A DNA stretch of 64,000 nucleotides, from positions 22,094,815 to 22,158,814 of the forward strand of contig CM119269.1 in assembly GCA_051294375.1 (NCBI GenBank), read 5' to 3'. Within the stretch, counting starts at the first letter, position 1. Each line of letters starts with the position of its first letter. Position numbers and translations under genes: made by a program. The notes under the pieces are model-generated. The model was given only the letters and a program-made list of their open reading frames with translations, was not told where the DNA came from and did no database searches. This stretch comes from Paraspadella gotoi (Eukaryota > Animalia > Chaetognatha). Of the stretch, positions 26,843-38,827 are shown piece after piece.

Positions 26843-27941
26843 GGCTAAATTTTACTTTCGCCGACCGCGGTTATGGCGGCTTTTAAAAAATCATTTAAAT
26901 TTTTTTATTTTTAAAAAAAAAGTTTAAAAAAAATATTACTTAATTACCCTAACCTTAAACTCTCCTAACCTTAATTACTTCTAACCTTAAACTACCCCGA
27001 AATTACCCTTAACCCTAACCCCTCCCGGCGAAAATAAAAGTAAACCAAAATATCTTTATAGAATATTTAGAATTTAAAGTTATAAAGTGGCGCGGTTTTT
27101 TTGTACAAGTCTGTATTAATCAGAAAGCCAAAAATCAATATTTTTCTTATTACAGCTCCTCCCATATCCACCGAGATCCTGTCCTCAGAATATGCCTCTG
27201 AACCTGTTGGAACTGCTGAACTCTGTCTCAAGTAGTCTAATTTAATTTTTGCTATCTTATTTCTTTTATTCATAATCAAGACTTCTTATGGTATTAATGC
27301 TCTGTGCCACGCAGAACTTAAACTCCAGGAATGCCAAAATTTTTAATTACCAATTAAAAAATGCGATTTAGAATAATTGAAAAAAAAAATTTAAAAAATA
27401 AAAATGCGTATTTTAAAAAATTTTACTTTCACTGACCGAGGTTTTAGCGTTTTTTTAAAACCTACTTAAAAATATTTAATTAAAAGAAAAAATAGCTAAA
27501 TTTTACTTTCGCCAACCGCGGTTATGGCTAATTTTAAAAAAATATTTAAAAATACTTATTTTTAAAAAATAATTAACAAAAAATTTACCCAATTACCCTA
27601 ACCCTAACTACCCCTAACCCACCCTTAAATTACCCATAACCCCTCCCTAACCCTGGTCGGCGAAAGTAAAAGTGACCCAAAAAAATTATATAAAATTATT
27701 ACCACCCCTAATCCTTAACCACCATTAACCCTTAACCCGGTTGGCAAAAATAAAATTCACCGTGAACAAAATTTTACTTTCGCCAACCGGGGTTTTAACG
27801 TTTTTTAAAAAATTAATAAAAATTATTACTCAATTACCCTAAATCCTCTTAACCCTAACCAATGGTTAACCATTAAACTACCCTTAGTACCCTTAACCTA
27901 ACCTCTAACACGTAACCCAAGTCGGCGAAAGTAACATTAAC
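26843..27941 (+). mobile_element. Cluster of ~4 GG-MITEs, one nested (26843-27046; ~27414-27761 containing 27494-27678; ~27766-27941)
   Basis: Repeated aaattttactttcgcc..accg left ends and cggcgaaagtaa right ends; 26843-27046 flanked by aaaatgtc / aaaatatc. Confidence 0.8.
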
Positions 27942-28229
27942 CCCCGAATCCTTTACTTCGTCTATACGTGTCTCTATATTCATCAAAATATCCGCGTATT
28001 ATGAATAAAATACAGAAGAACAGTTCGTTTGAAGCGTTCGTCGCGAATAGTCCATCTCGAGATTCTAGATGTCCCCACAAATTCGTCTCCACTCTCCAAC
28101 ACAAATAGTGCTCGAGTATCATTTGAACTGAAAGGGAAAGGATTAAAAATCTGTGCGAGAGAGAGCACGACAAAAGAATGATCTCGACTTTGGAGGTACA
28201 TTACTAATTATATAATAATAACAAAAATT

Positions 28230-29585
28230 TTACATGGGCTTGGGGGGATACATTTGTTTTCTCGATTCAAAAACAAGATCTTTGCATACCCTTTTACTGT
28301 AAGAAGTCTTTCCTGCTGCAACATCTTCACTTGTTAATTTGGATTTCATTGATACATAAACCTGATTCGGCGTTTTATTTTCTAATTCTTTTAATAAGGT
28401 TTTTCTTTCACTTTGTCTTACATAATTACATTTAGGATCATCAGGTTTATGAGAAACAAGTATGTGTGAATTCGAATTTCTAATATCATATTTTTTATTC
28501 AAATAAAATTCTATATTAACTTTCCCTTGGTAGTTTACAACTACTTCCGATTTCAATTCACATCCTTGAGCGGCACAATAAAAATTTGCCTTAAGCGAGT
28601 TGCTTCTTTTCAAGAAAACACAACTTTTTGAATGAAAAATACAACAATTATTTACTTCATGTAATAATTTACGAAAATGATGTTGATAAACAGAATGTTT
28701 AACTACAAATTGAAAATTTTTATTTGGAATAGCAGTCGATTTAATTTCATTAAATATATTTAGATCAATACAAAGACTATTTAGCGGGAACCTCTCAATT
28801 TTTTTTGAAAAAGATTCAGTGTTGACGCGATGATCCGTGCCATCGGCGGCATAATTCTTTCTAGTCGGCGTTGGTTCTCTTTGATCGGCGGCGGCGTTTC
28901 CTCTCAAGCCACGATTGACGCCTCGCCGACGACGGGCAAAGGATGCTGCTGCTGCGAGCGGCGCTTCCGCAGCGTCGGGGGCAGCTGCCGCGCGAGCTGA
29001 AGTGGGATGATCCAACGTTGTGGGTTGAGAGACAGCGGAGACTGGCGCTGAACAGCCGGACTCGCGGCGTTTTATGGCAGCAACGGCGGCGTCTACGTCG
29101 GCCGGAGGGAAGGAAGAGAGGAATTTGGAATGAGCGCCGCCGGCGTACTGGTTAGCTATAATGGCGACTGCAACCTGGTCGAGGGAAAGACCGGCTAAGT
29201 CTCGCTTGACTCGCGCGCCAAAATCTTCAATGCCTTCGCCGCGGTCGCCGCCATAAAGTAGAGATTGTGCGAAGAAAGGCGGCTCCGGCGTAAAACGCTT
29301 GCGGATTTCGGCGACGAGTTGTTCATAAGGCCGCTTGGTTGGACGTTGGAGTGCGACGGGTCCGAGATGGGACAACTGACGCGATGTCAGCTTTGCGACG
29401 AGATGGTAGTACTTAGTGACGGAGGAGGAGACACGGCGGATCGCGAAAATTGCCTCGCAACGCTGAATCCAAGCGACCGGCGACTCTTCGTCCCATTCCG
29501 GCAGGTCAATGTTTACGTGGCTTACGTTTGCGTCGGCGGCCATGTCGGTGTTCGTGTCGGTTGCGTGTTCATCGGTGGTTGACAT
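28230..29585 (-). CDS. 451-aa transposon-derived chimeric ORF: Ty3/gypsy gag-like N-terminus plus Cys/His transposase-like C-terminal half
   Basis: LPEWDEESPVAWIQRCEAIFAIRRV...TKYYHLVAKL...PYEQLVAEIRKRF resembles the gag N-terminal (DUF7041-type) pattern; C-half has CCIF..FYCAAQGC..H..R..ER..P..VY..G..V, recalling N-terminal regions of NOF/MULE-type transposases; no pol or LTRs seen. Confidence 0.65.
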   Translation of the reverse strand: MSTTDEHATDTNTDMAADANVSHVNIDLPEWDEESPVAWIQRCEAIFAIRRVSSSVTKYYHLVAKLTSRQLSHLGPVALQRPTKRPYEQLVAEIRKRFTPEPPFFAQSLLYGGDRGEGIEDFGARVKRDLAGLSLDQVAVAIIANQYAGGAHSKFLSSFPPADVDAAVAAIKRRESGCSAPVSAVSQPTTLDHPTSARAAAAPDAAEAPLAAAASFARRRRGVNRGLRGNAAADQREPTPTRKNYAADGTDHRVNTESFSKKIERFPLNSLCIDLNIFNEIKSTAIPNKNFQFVVKHSVYQHHFRKLLHEVNNCCIFHSKSCVFLKRSNSLKANFYCAAQGCELKSEVVVNYQGKVNIEFYLNKKYDIRNSNSHILVSHKPDDPKCNYVRQSERKTLLKELENKTPNQVYVSMKSKLTSEDVAAGKTSYSKRVCKDLVFESRKQMYPPKPM

Positions 29586-30169
29586 TCTACTTGGTCAACT
29601 GAACGTCTTATGGAAAGTCCTGACGACCACCTTTTTTTTCTGGAAAGAAAAAGACAATGTAAATGAGGTTGACTGCTCGTCCAAAAGGGCATCAAAGTCT
29701 AAAACAAACTACGGAGAAAAACAAGAATGGACTATCACAGAAAAATTCTAACAGATGTTGAGTTTTTTCAGGAGTCATTCGTGATCGACGTCGCCGTCAA
29801 CATCTGGAGTCGGGTGAGAGGAGGGCGGCGTTTCCCTTCATCAATAAAATGCCGAGCGCTGGAAAAGATGGTCCGGTTGACATTGCCAGTGCCAGACCAA
29901 TTTTCCGATTGTGGAGGGCTGCTTGGGTGTCCGAGGCTCCAAGGGTCTCGGCTGGAAGGGGGACAAAAACGATTCCATAGGCGTGGCAAGCTTCCTGCGA
30001 CGAGCTGCCTCCAACACCGACCCAGCTCAGACTCAGCTCGGCCTGAGTTTCTTAACATTATTCTCTCCATATTGTTCTCCAGATTTCTTAATATTTCTCG
30101 ACAGCGAATCCGAGTAACAACAAATACATTTAATATTGGTTACGCGTTTGGGATCAACGAAATAATTTT

Positions 30170-30285
30170 AAGGCGCAAAAATCGCGCGTCGTAGGAAAAA
30201 TTGTTGAACCAATCAGAGACGAGATAAGCCGCTGAGGCACCGACCAATCAGGCGTGAGTTCCCGGCTCGATCGCTGACCAATCAG
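30170..30285. promoter_or_regulatory. Triple CCAAT (NF-Y) box promoter between the chimeric ORF and MDH2
   Basis: accaatcag with CCAAT at 30209, 30244 and 30278 (35 and 34 bp spacing) in a CpG-rich patch. Confidence 0.65.
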
Positions 30286-30947
30286 CGTTCGAGAATTGAT
30301 AAACAACAAGGTGCCCTTGCTGAACGGAGTCTTTAAATTTTTATGTTAAATCTATATTAAATCTATATTATATGTAATAATCTTTCTTTGCATCCATAAT
30401 TCTATTTTATTATTTTTATTGCCCGTTATTTCTCTAAATTTCAATAGATAATAGGTTGGGGTTTAGGAAGTTTCTCCCGTAATCGAAATGAAATGCTTAA
30501 CCGTCAACGGTTTACCCGGCGACTGACTGTTGCTCTCTTTTTGCCGGGACCTTGTCATTGAGGCTTGCATAACTCGTTTTCCTCGAATTCAATCTTTTAT
30601 CGCAAGCTCGTTTATAGATTTAAACATTCATTAAACTCTTATAATGAGTGCCACTCGTTAATCAGTTTTTTTTAGCGTTTTTTAAAACTCAAGCGTCAAT
30701 TCGCACGACCTTTACGCGTGCCTGAGTCTACTACCCTTTATAAAGCCTAATCAAAGTTCATTGGTTCTTGGTTGATCTTTCCTTTTGGAGTTACAAATGT
30801 ATTTATCTTTATTTACTTTAAAATAATCATATTTTAATTTGTTTCATAAATTTGTTAAATTAAAGACGAATTTTACAATTTGGTTAGTCTCTCTTCATTT
30901 TGTTTTCATTTTTAAAATTAGCCCTAGTAACAGATTTAACCGTAAGG

Positions 30948-33360
30948 ATGTTGCCCCGTGCGTTAAGCCGTCTAGTTTTAAACAATGCCCAGAAACATTG
31001 CGGTAAGTTCTTTCCTGCAATAAGTATTGTAAGTTTGTTCTTGTCTCAATTGATCTATTTACAAACGTGAACGAACCCAGAGTTGGCGCGGAGTTTCTCC
31101 GTTTCTGCGGCGAATGACTACAAAGTTTCCGTTCTCGGGGCGTCTGGGGGCATCGGACAGCCGCTCGCTTTGCTTCTTAAAAATCATCCTTCGGTCAAAC
31201 ATCTTTCGTTATACGTAAGCACTAACCAGACCTCTTGCCCTTTTATTTTAAGAACTCTCTCATCGTTCCGGCGGAGAAGAAGGTGTCCTGAAAACGGGAC
31301 CGCTGGCCTCAAAATATTCTTGATATTATAAACCTTGATAATCTTAGCATATGGGAAATAGATTCATTTATAAACAATCAACTAATAATTGATAAAAATA
31401 AACTGTTAATATTACCAATCAGGAGGGGGATAAACATTGATTTCATAAACATGAATCCCGAGAGAGAGAATCAGACCGAAAGACAAACGGAGCATTTTTT
31501 CTTGGGTTCATTCAGCTCCTAACGATTTTGCCTCAATGACAGGACATTGCCCACACTCCCGGCGTCGCTGCGGATCTGTCACACATCGAGACGCCGGCCA
31601 AAGTGACGGGTCACATCGGACCGGATCAATTGGGAGACGCCCTCACCGATTGCGAGATCGTCGTCATCCCTGCCGGTTCTACCCACCTAAATGTCCTACT
31701 TACAGTTCGATGTGGTCTTTGACCGTCTCTCCCCTGCGACAGGCGTTCCGCGGAAACCCGGAATGACGCGCGACGATCTCTTCAACATCAACGCTTCCAT
31801 CGTCAGAGATTTGGTCATCGGTTGCGCCCAACACTGTCCGTCGGCGATGCTCTGCATCATCGCCAACCCCGTCAATTCTACGGGTGATGGAGAATGAATT
31901 GGGGTGATGGTGGGATGATAGAACATGATGGGGTGATGGAAGATGATTAGCAGATAATATGATCCGAATGACCATTGTGATCGCTGTCTCACCTTACCCC
32001 TTACCCTTACTTTTTTTTAAAGTCCCGATCGCCGCCCGTGTCCTGGAAAAGGCCGGAGTTTTCGACCCCAAGCGACTCTTCGGTGTGACCACGCTCGACG
32101 TCGTCAGAGCCAACGCTTTCGTGGCCGAACTTAAGGTTCGTTTCATTTCCCAAACTTAACTGTTTAAATTGTTAAATGAAGTTAAATAGCAGAGCTATCA
32201 ACTCTGCTATATATATAGAGTTCAAACCTTGCAAAATTGTTTACATACATCCTGCGTAGTCGTTAATCGTTTGTCATTAGCAATAACTAATAACTGTTTA
32301 TTAATTAGCGATAACTGTTTCCAGAATTTGGACGTGTCTCAAGTGAGCGTCCCGGTCGTCGGAGGTCACGCCGGCGTCACGATCATCCCGCTTTTGTCGC
32401 AGACCCAACCATCCGTTCAGTTCTCTCAATCGGAGATCCAGGCGCTCACACCGAGGATACAGGTGAGCTGATTAAGCGAAGACTTGCTCACACTTGATCA
32501 CTGAGCAATGAGCATTAAATGCTCAGTTCTCCGTCGTTGAGAGAATGATGGATTAATTTCCTTTAACTTTTAAGAAGAGGCCAACAAAAGCGCATGTTTG
32601 ACGAACGAAACGGGCGAAGATCAGATCGAGAGAGAGAGAGAGGGAGAGGTTGGGGTTGAATAAGGTACATATGATTTGAATTTTCAGGATGCTGGAACGG
32701 AAGTAGTGAAGGCCAAAGCTGGAGCAGGCTCCGCTACTTTATCGATGGCTTACGCCGGAGCGAGATTTGCGTTCAGGTTAGATTTGTAGCAGAAAGATCT
32801 CTCAATTTTATTGTGAAAACGATCTTTATTTAGTTATTGGTCTTGGCTGGGGGGGGGGGAAGAATAGAATGGGTTGTGGTAAAGTGGTCGTGACCGCCGT
32901 TGGTTAGTTGATCTTACATTAGAAATAGACAATCAGTGATTGTCAACCAGACATCTCAATCCGGCTTCATCCCCTTTTATTTTAGCTTAATGGACGCCAT
33001 GTCAGGGAAACCTGGAGTTGTTGAGTGCAGCTTTGTCAAAGTAAGTCCCGAGCCTTTTTTGTCTGGATCTTGCTGATGTCTAACTGATAACTAACTTTTA
33101 AAAATATTTTAAAGTCCGAAGTGACAGACGCTGATTTCTGGGCGACGCCGCTGTTGCTTGGGCGCGAAGGAGTCTCGAAAAACCTCGGTAACCTGATTGT
33201 AAAAGTAATTTCAATGTAATCGACGCAATGAAATCTTTTTTTTAAAATTCCGCCTTCAGGAATGGGTCCATTGACGGACTTTGAAAAGAGCTGCGTTGAT
33301 GAAGCGCTGCCTGAACTGAAGAAGAGTATCTCCAAGGGATACGAATTTGCGAGCAAATAA
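30948..33360 (+). CDS. MDH2: Mitochondrial malate dehydrogenase
   Basis: Transit-like [111 protein letters not shown]; stop TAA 33358-33360. Confidence 0.97.
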
Positions 33361-33673
33361 AATCGAGAAAAAATACCGGACTAAAATCATATGAACGGTC
33401 AAATAAGTTTTTTAAGTTTTTATAGTGAAACTGTCGTGATTTAAAAGTCATAAACGTGAATTATACCTTTTTCTCGGTGACTCTTTTCTGAATTATTTGA
33501 TCCGTATTGGATGCGCAGGGAAGCTTTGCGGAAATTTAATATATAATTACTTGTAAGAATTTAGCGAGCAGGGAAATCTGGACAAGCGTTAGCAATATCG
33601 AGATAACAGGTTAATTGTCATGTGCGTGTGCGATTCCAGTTAGCTTGAAAATCTAAATTATCGCTGGCGACTG

Positions 33674-34380
33674 TTTTTTCTCCACTTTCCCACGCGAAGA
33701 AAAAATAATGATTATCGCCATTCGAATTCCTTTAATGATAGACCCTTAAGAGGAAAGGTCATTCAGCATAACAATACGTAATCATTGATGTATTAGAGCT
33801 AATATGTCTAGAAATACAGTATAATCATCAGTAATCACAAAAAAATAAGCTCGGCTTTCTGAATTTGTACTCCATTTTGGCCTATTTTGAAGTTGAATTG
33901 AATGACCCTTTTTCTTAAGCTTATGATATCATTTTCATCACCTTTTGAACGGTGACGTGAAGTGACCGATTGGAGATAGGGTCGCCGTGCCGTGTCACTA
34001 CAAGTACAAACGATTAAATAATCGAATTTCAATTAATAAAAACTAAAAAAGGTTTGAACTTCGTTACAAAAAAAAATCCCCTTCCAAAAAAAGAAGATTA
34101 ATCTTCGTTTGATACACTGACAACCTATCAAATTGACTGTCAACAAAGTATGTCACGGTTTTTACTTGTGACCTAATAATCTATCCTTTCGTCTCTGACA
34201 ACTGTTCTTATTAGCAGAAGCGAAGAGCTTTTCTTTCGAAAATTAATAAGCGAATTCATATCTCGACTTTTAAGGGGACCCAGTGATAAAAATGATATCA
34301 TAAGCTTAAGGGTCTATCATCAAAGGAATTTGAATGGTGATAGTCATTAATTTTTCTTTGCACGGGAAACTGGTAAAAAA
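33674..34380. repeat. Imperfect inverted repeat pair
   Basis: 33674-33750 is the reverse complement of 34305-34380; 33915-33942 is the reverse complement of ~34283-34310. Confidence 0.7.
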
Positions 34381-35152
34381 ATTCCTATCTCTTATTGTAG
34401 CGGAAACAAAAATTTAATAATTATGAAAAAAAAATTTAGTTGACCCTACCTAAATATTTATATAATCCATTATTTTATTTTTGCATTAGAAAGTATTTTT
34501 TATTAAATTCCAATTTTTTATTTTTTACTGTACAAAGCTATAATTTTAGGTTTAAGCCTCATTGAACAAAGGCTTTACAAGATTAATATTTTTATATTTT
34601 ATATTTACTTAAAAGCAGACAAATCAAACCTAAATTCTATTCTGACAGAAACAAAACTGTAATAATTATTAATTAATATTCATATTCATCCTTTAAATGT
34701 ATAATTAAACTATATTGATTCCTAATTATAACAATTAAAAATTTAGCAGAAGTACAGAATCTTTCTCTTTTTTTTATATTTATATTACTTCAAAGAGTTT
34801 TATTTTCATCCAATTAACAGAATCATTTGAAAAGAAAGTTTAAATAAAATCAGTCGATACCTTAAATTTTGATTCATTCCTAGTTTTTTTTCTTATAAAT
34901 TTTTGTAATAAAAGCTGAAAATCTTTTTAAAATTGGATCTTACTCTTTTTTGGGAAAAAAAATTTTAAACTTGAAAAAGATTTTCTTCTTACCGATTTTT
35001 TAAAGAAAATTAAGCTCTCTGATTTTATCGAATTTTTTAACTACTTTCCCAAATGATTATAGAAGAAAAAATTATATGATCAGAACCAGCTTAAGTTAAA
35101 GGGTCAAACGTTATGTTTTCAGCTTTTTACCCCCCCTGTTCACTTGGTCCCC
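34274..35152. mobile_element. Non-autonomous TTAA-targeting element (Kolobok-like)
   Basis: ttaa|ggggacccagtga ... tcacttggtcccc|ttaa: 13-bp TIR with one mismatch and TTAA on both sides. Confidence 0.6.
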
Positions 35153-35781
35153 TTAAGCAGATAACAGAACAATCGCTTTACAGGCGTTTTCGAATGTGAA
35201 TTCTTGTTTTAAAACTGAATAATAAAAAATATCCAGCATTGTTTTGTTTATTCTTGGCGGGCATAAAAATGAAATGTTCGGAAAACTTTTCGATCGGGCT
35301 TGGTGTTTTCATAGTTAAAGATATCACCAACTAAAATAAATACTATTCTAATTCTGTGGCAGATTAATTTGTGGATTATTTCAAATAATATTGATTTCCT
35401 CAATCTCATTTGCATATGTGTCGTATTCTGATTAAGATTTTATAAATTTTGATAAATTTTCTCATACAGATAGACCACCCTCCTATATATAAATTTTATG
35501 GATAATTTTTATATTGGTTATACCAATTTCATAGTGATATTATTCCGTTCATGAATCCGGTTTAATTCTTTCGTTATCGTTTCATCTTATCGCTCAATTT
35601 ATCGTCAAGATTGTCCTTTTCAAAAAAAAAAAAAAAAATTCACGTCCTCTTACACAAAAATATTGAATGAGATAAGAGAAAATCTCATTCGAAAATATCT
35701 CCGACCACATTCCGTGGGAATACTGGGAATAGGAACCCAAAAACGTTGTCGCAAAAATACTATTCTAAACATTTTCGCGCA

Positions 35782-37448
35782 ATGTTTTACCAAAACGCAG
35801 TAGACGCTTACGGGTTCAAGCGGCCCAGCGATTTCGACTACGTAAGTTACGAGACTTTCATGGAAAACTATTTCACTGTGCTGCAGCGAAGAGCTTTGCG
35901 GTGGAAACAAGTCCTAGGGGATGTTGTTGAGAAGGAGAAATTAAAAAGATACTTACAGGTTAAGAGAACGTCTAAATTAACAAAGAATATATTATATTAT
36001 ATATGGTTCTAATTTATATACATAATTTTATCAAAAAATTGACATTCGTAATCCTCGTCAAAGGGTCGACAGTTCAAACGGTTCGTCCGCAAAGGAATCC
36101 CCCGTAGTCACCGGGCTCTCGTTTGGATGGTCACCTCCGGAGCTCAAGATCGAATGGAGACGCAACCCAATCGCTTCGTGGAGATGCTGCAATGTCCGCG
36201 CGACCGAGAGGCCATGGAACAAATCGAATTGGATCTCCATCGCACTTTTCCCGACAACATTTACTTCAAGGAAAAGAGCGGAGAGTTTAGTCCCAACGAC
36301 GGAAATAAAGAACGGAGCGTTTCGTGCGAACAACCGTGTGACGAGACTGAACTAGATTCCACGACACAGTCCATGACGCGATCAGACAAACACAAACTGC
36401 AACAACTTAAAAACGTGCTCACAGCTTTTGCCCATCATAATCCTACTGTAGGATACTGTCAAGGTATCAGATTAACGTCGACTTCATAATTTATTTTTAT
36501 TTCGAATTTTATATTTTTTAAGGATTAAATTTCATTTCTGGTTTGTTATTACTCATCGTGGAAGATGAAGAATGCGCTTTTTGGCTTCTGGACGCGTTAG
36601 TCAATCACATTTTGCCTGATTATTACAGGTACAAGTAACTACTACTACTCCCAGTACTGGCCAATAATCATAAACTAAGTCGTAATATTTGATTAATAGA
36701 GCGATTGATGATAGGTTTGTTACCTAATCAGTGAAGGAGACAAGCTTAATGATTGATGTCTGATTATCCTTGCAGCAAAGACATGGTTGGTCTTCGCGCT
36801 GATACTCGTTCGCTCGGCGAGCTTGTGGCTACAAAAATGTCAGATGTATCTCAGGTTTGAATTTAAAAACTATGTATAAAACGAGGTTTCCTAGTCGATA
36901 TACTCTCACGATTATTAGGCGATGATAACAGAAGGCGTCACTTGGGAACTAGTAGCCTCGAGGTGGTTGCTATGTTTGTACATCGACGTGCTCCCCGTCG
37001 AAACCGTTCTCCGTATTTGGGATGTCCTCTTTAACGAAGGTTGTCCATTTAAAAATTATTACAGACGCTTAACAATGACCTGCCCTCCAAAAAAGTTTAA
37101 CATTAAATTCAAAGGTTCTAAAATTATCTTCCGTGTTGCGATTACGTTAATCAAAAATGCGGAACCGAAACTCCTTACCTGTCAAAACTTTCCTTCCATC
37201 GTCACGACGTTCAAGGTAAGGAAAGCCGCAACGAAAAGGTTCAGAGATATAAATCTTTGGGAGAAAAACGAGCAGGACTATTTTTAAATCAACAGGCCAT
37301 GTCTGACGATCCCCTTGCGCTTCATTGTCACGCCTTCATGTCCACAGTTTTCGAAATCACTAAAAGCCTTTCGTCCAAGACGATCGAAGAATTGAGGGAA
37401 GAATCCAAAAAAATCGTCAAGGAACAAGACGCCTTGAGAAGGATGTGA
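35782..37448 (+). CDS. GRTP1: Growth hormone-regulated TBC protein 1 (Rab-GAP); true start may lie in an upstream exon
   Basis: VDAYGFKRPSDFDYVSYETF..VLQRRALRW N-terminus; IELDLHRTFPDN, GYCQGLNF, WLLCLYIDVLPVETVLRIWD..EGSKIIFRVA. Confidence 0.9.
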
Positions 37449-38827
37449 GGACAGTGGCTTTAAATCTAGCTTTGTAAATATATTAACTGTATTATAATTT
37501 ACCGTTTCTGGTTAATAAAAAGAAACCAAAAAAATTCCAGGTTGAATGGCTGTTGTATTTTTTTTTTCAAAAAGCAAAATGAAACGGCGGTGACAATATA
37601 ATTCGACAAATTTATTTATTTCTTTGCCTGGTATTTAGAATAATGATGACGAAATCATCTACTTTTATGACAATTTGTAGTAAAATTGAAATAAGCGTTT
37701 CCTTGACAACGCGGTGGTAATAATAATAATAATAATATTACTCGAAATAAAATAAATCTACAGGAAGCATTTCATTGAAAATAGGGCGGATATAGAAAAC
37801 AAAATCCGGGAACGTTCGATATGGTACATGACCCGTCCGCCATTAATTTTAAAAGGGAATTTAAATACATTATTATATTCCAATAATAATACGATACTTT
37901 TTAAAATTTAACAATTTTGTACTTAATTAAAATGAGTTGATTGTCTCTCTTCATCCCGGGTCGGACTCAATGTCCGACATTAGAGGTACGTAACCGGCAC
38001 GAACTTCTAATCACATTGCAAATAAAACCCACATTTCAAATAACTAATAAGCCAAGAAAATAAATAATCTCCTACCAATTGGCAACGAATGGGTTTGAAA
38101 TTAATGTTATGCATTCATTAGAACTAGTTTAATAGGGGGGCAGTTTATCAGGAGGGGGGAGACAGATCCACTTAAAAGGGCATTTTTTTGCCTTCGGTTT
38201 GCATGAAAACGTTATAAAATGTACGGTGGTGTGGCTTGCTCGTGATGACGCTTTAAAAGCTGGTTTCGTTTTCCTAATTTACTCATGGCCCCCTTGAAAA
38301 AATTATCCAACTAAACGCATCATTTCAATTCAGAAAATTTTTTAACACGTACATACGAAACATTTAATTTGCGACAAGTGTTACGACGAATAAACGCGTG
38401 GAGGCGATCGTTAAAAAAAAGAAATATATTTACATCCCTCTCGCTGTCAAATAAATAAAAAAATAATTCTTAACTATTTCCACGTTAGAACCCAAGATAA
38501 ACGTTCAACTTAAAAAAAAGGGGGAAGCGAATAATGAACTCGACTTAAAGACGGAGTGGATGTTTTCAATTTCTTTCCTTCTTTTTTGAGTCTTGCATCA
38601 TACTCAGTCTAGTCAAGACTTTTTTGAGTCTTGAATCAGTCTAGTCAAGACTTTTTTTATTGTTGCTTCAAAAAAAGAAAGACTAGGTTTCGCTGTCTTT
38701 TTTTTTTCTCGATAATTTGTGCCTTTAGTTTTTTTGGTTAATTATCGTGGTATACTATTATTCCTGAGCGGGGGGCAGGGCGCCCGAGGGCGCGTGGAGG
38801 GGGGCGGGGGGATTCGGTGGGCGTGGC

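Noticed and set aside
29768-30070. 100-aa ORF upstream of the gag-like ORF
   Set aside because: No recognisable motif; could be leader sequence or a uORF and cannot be supported as a gene.
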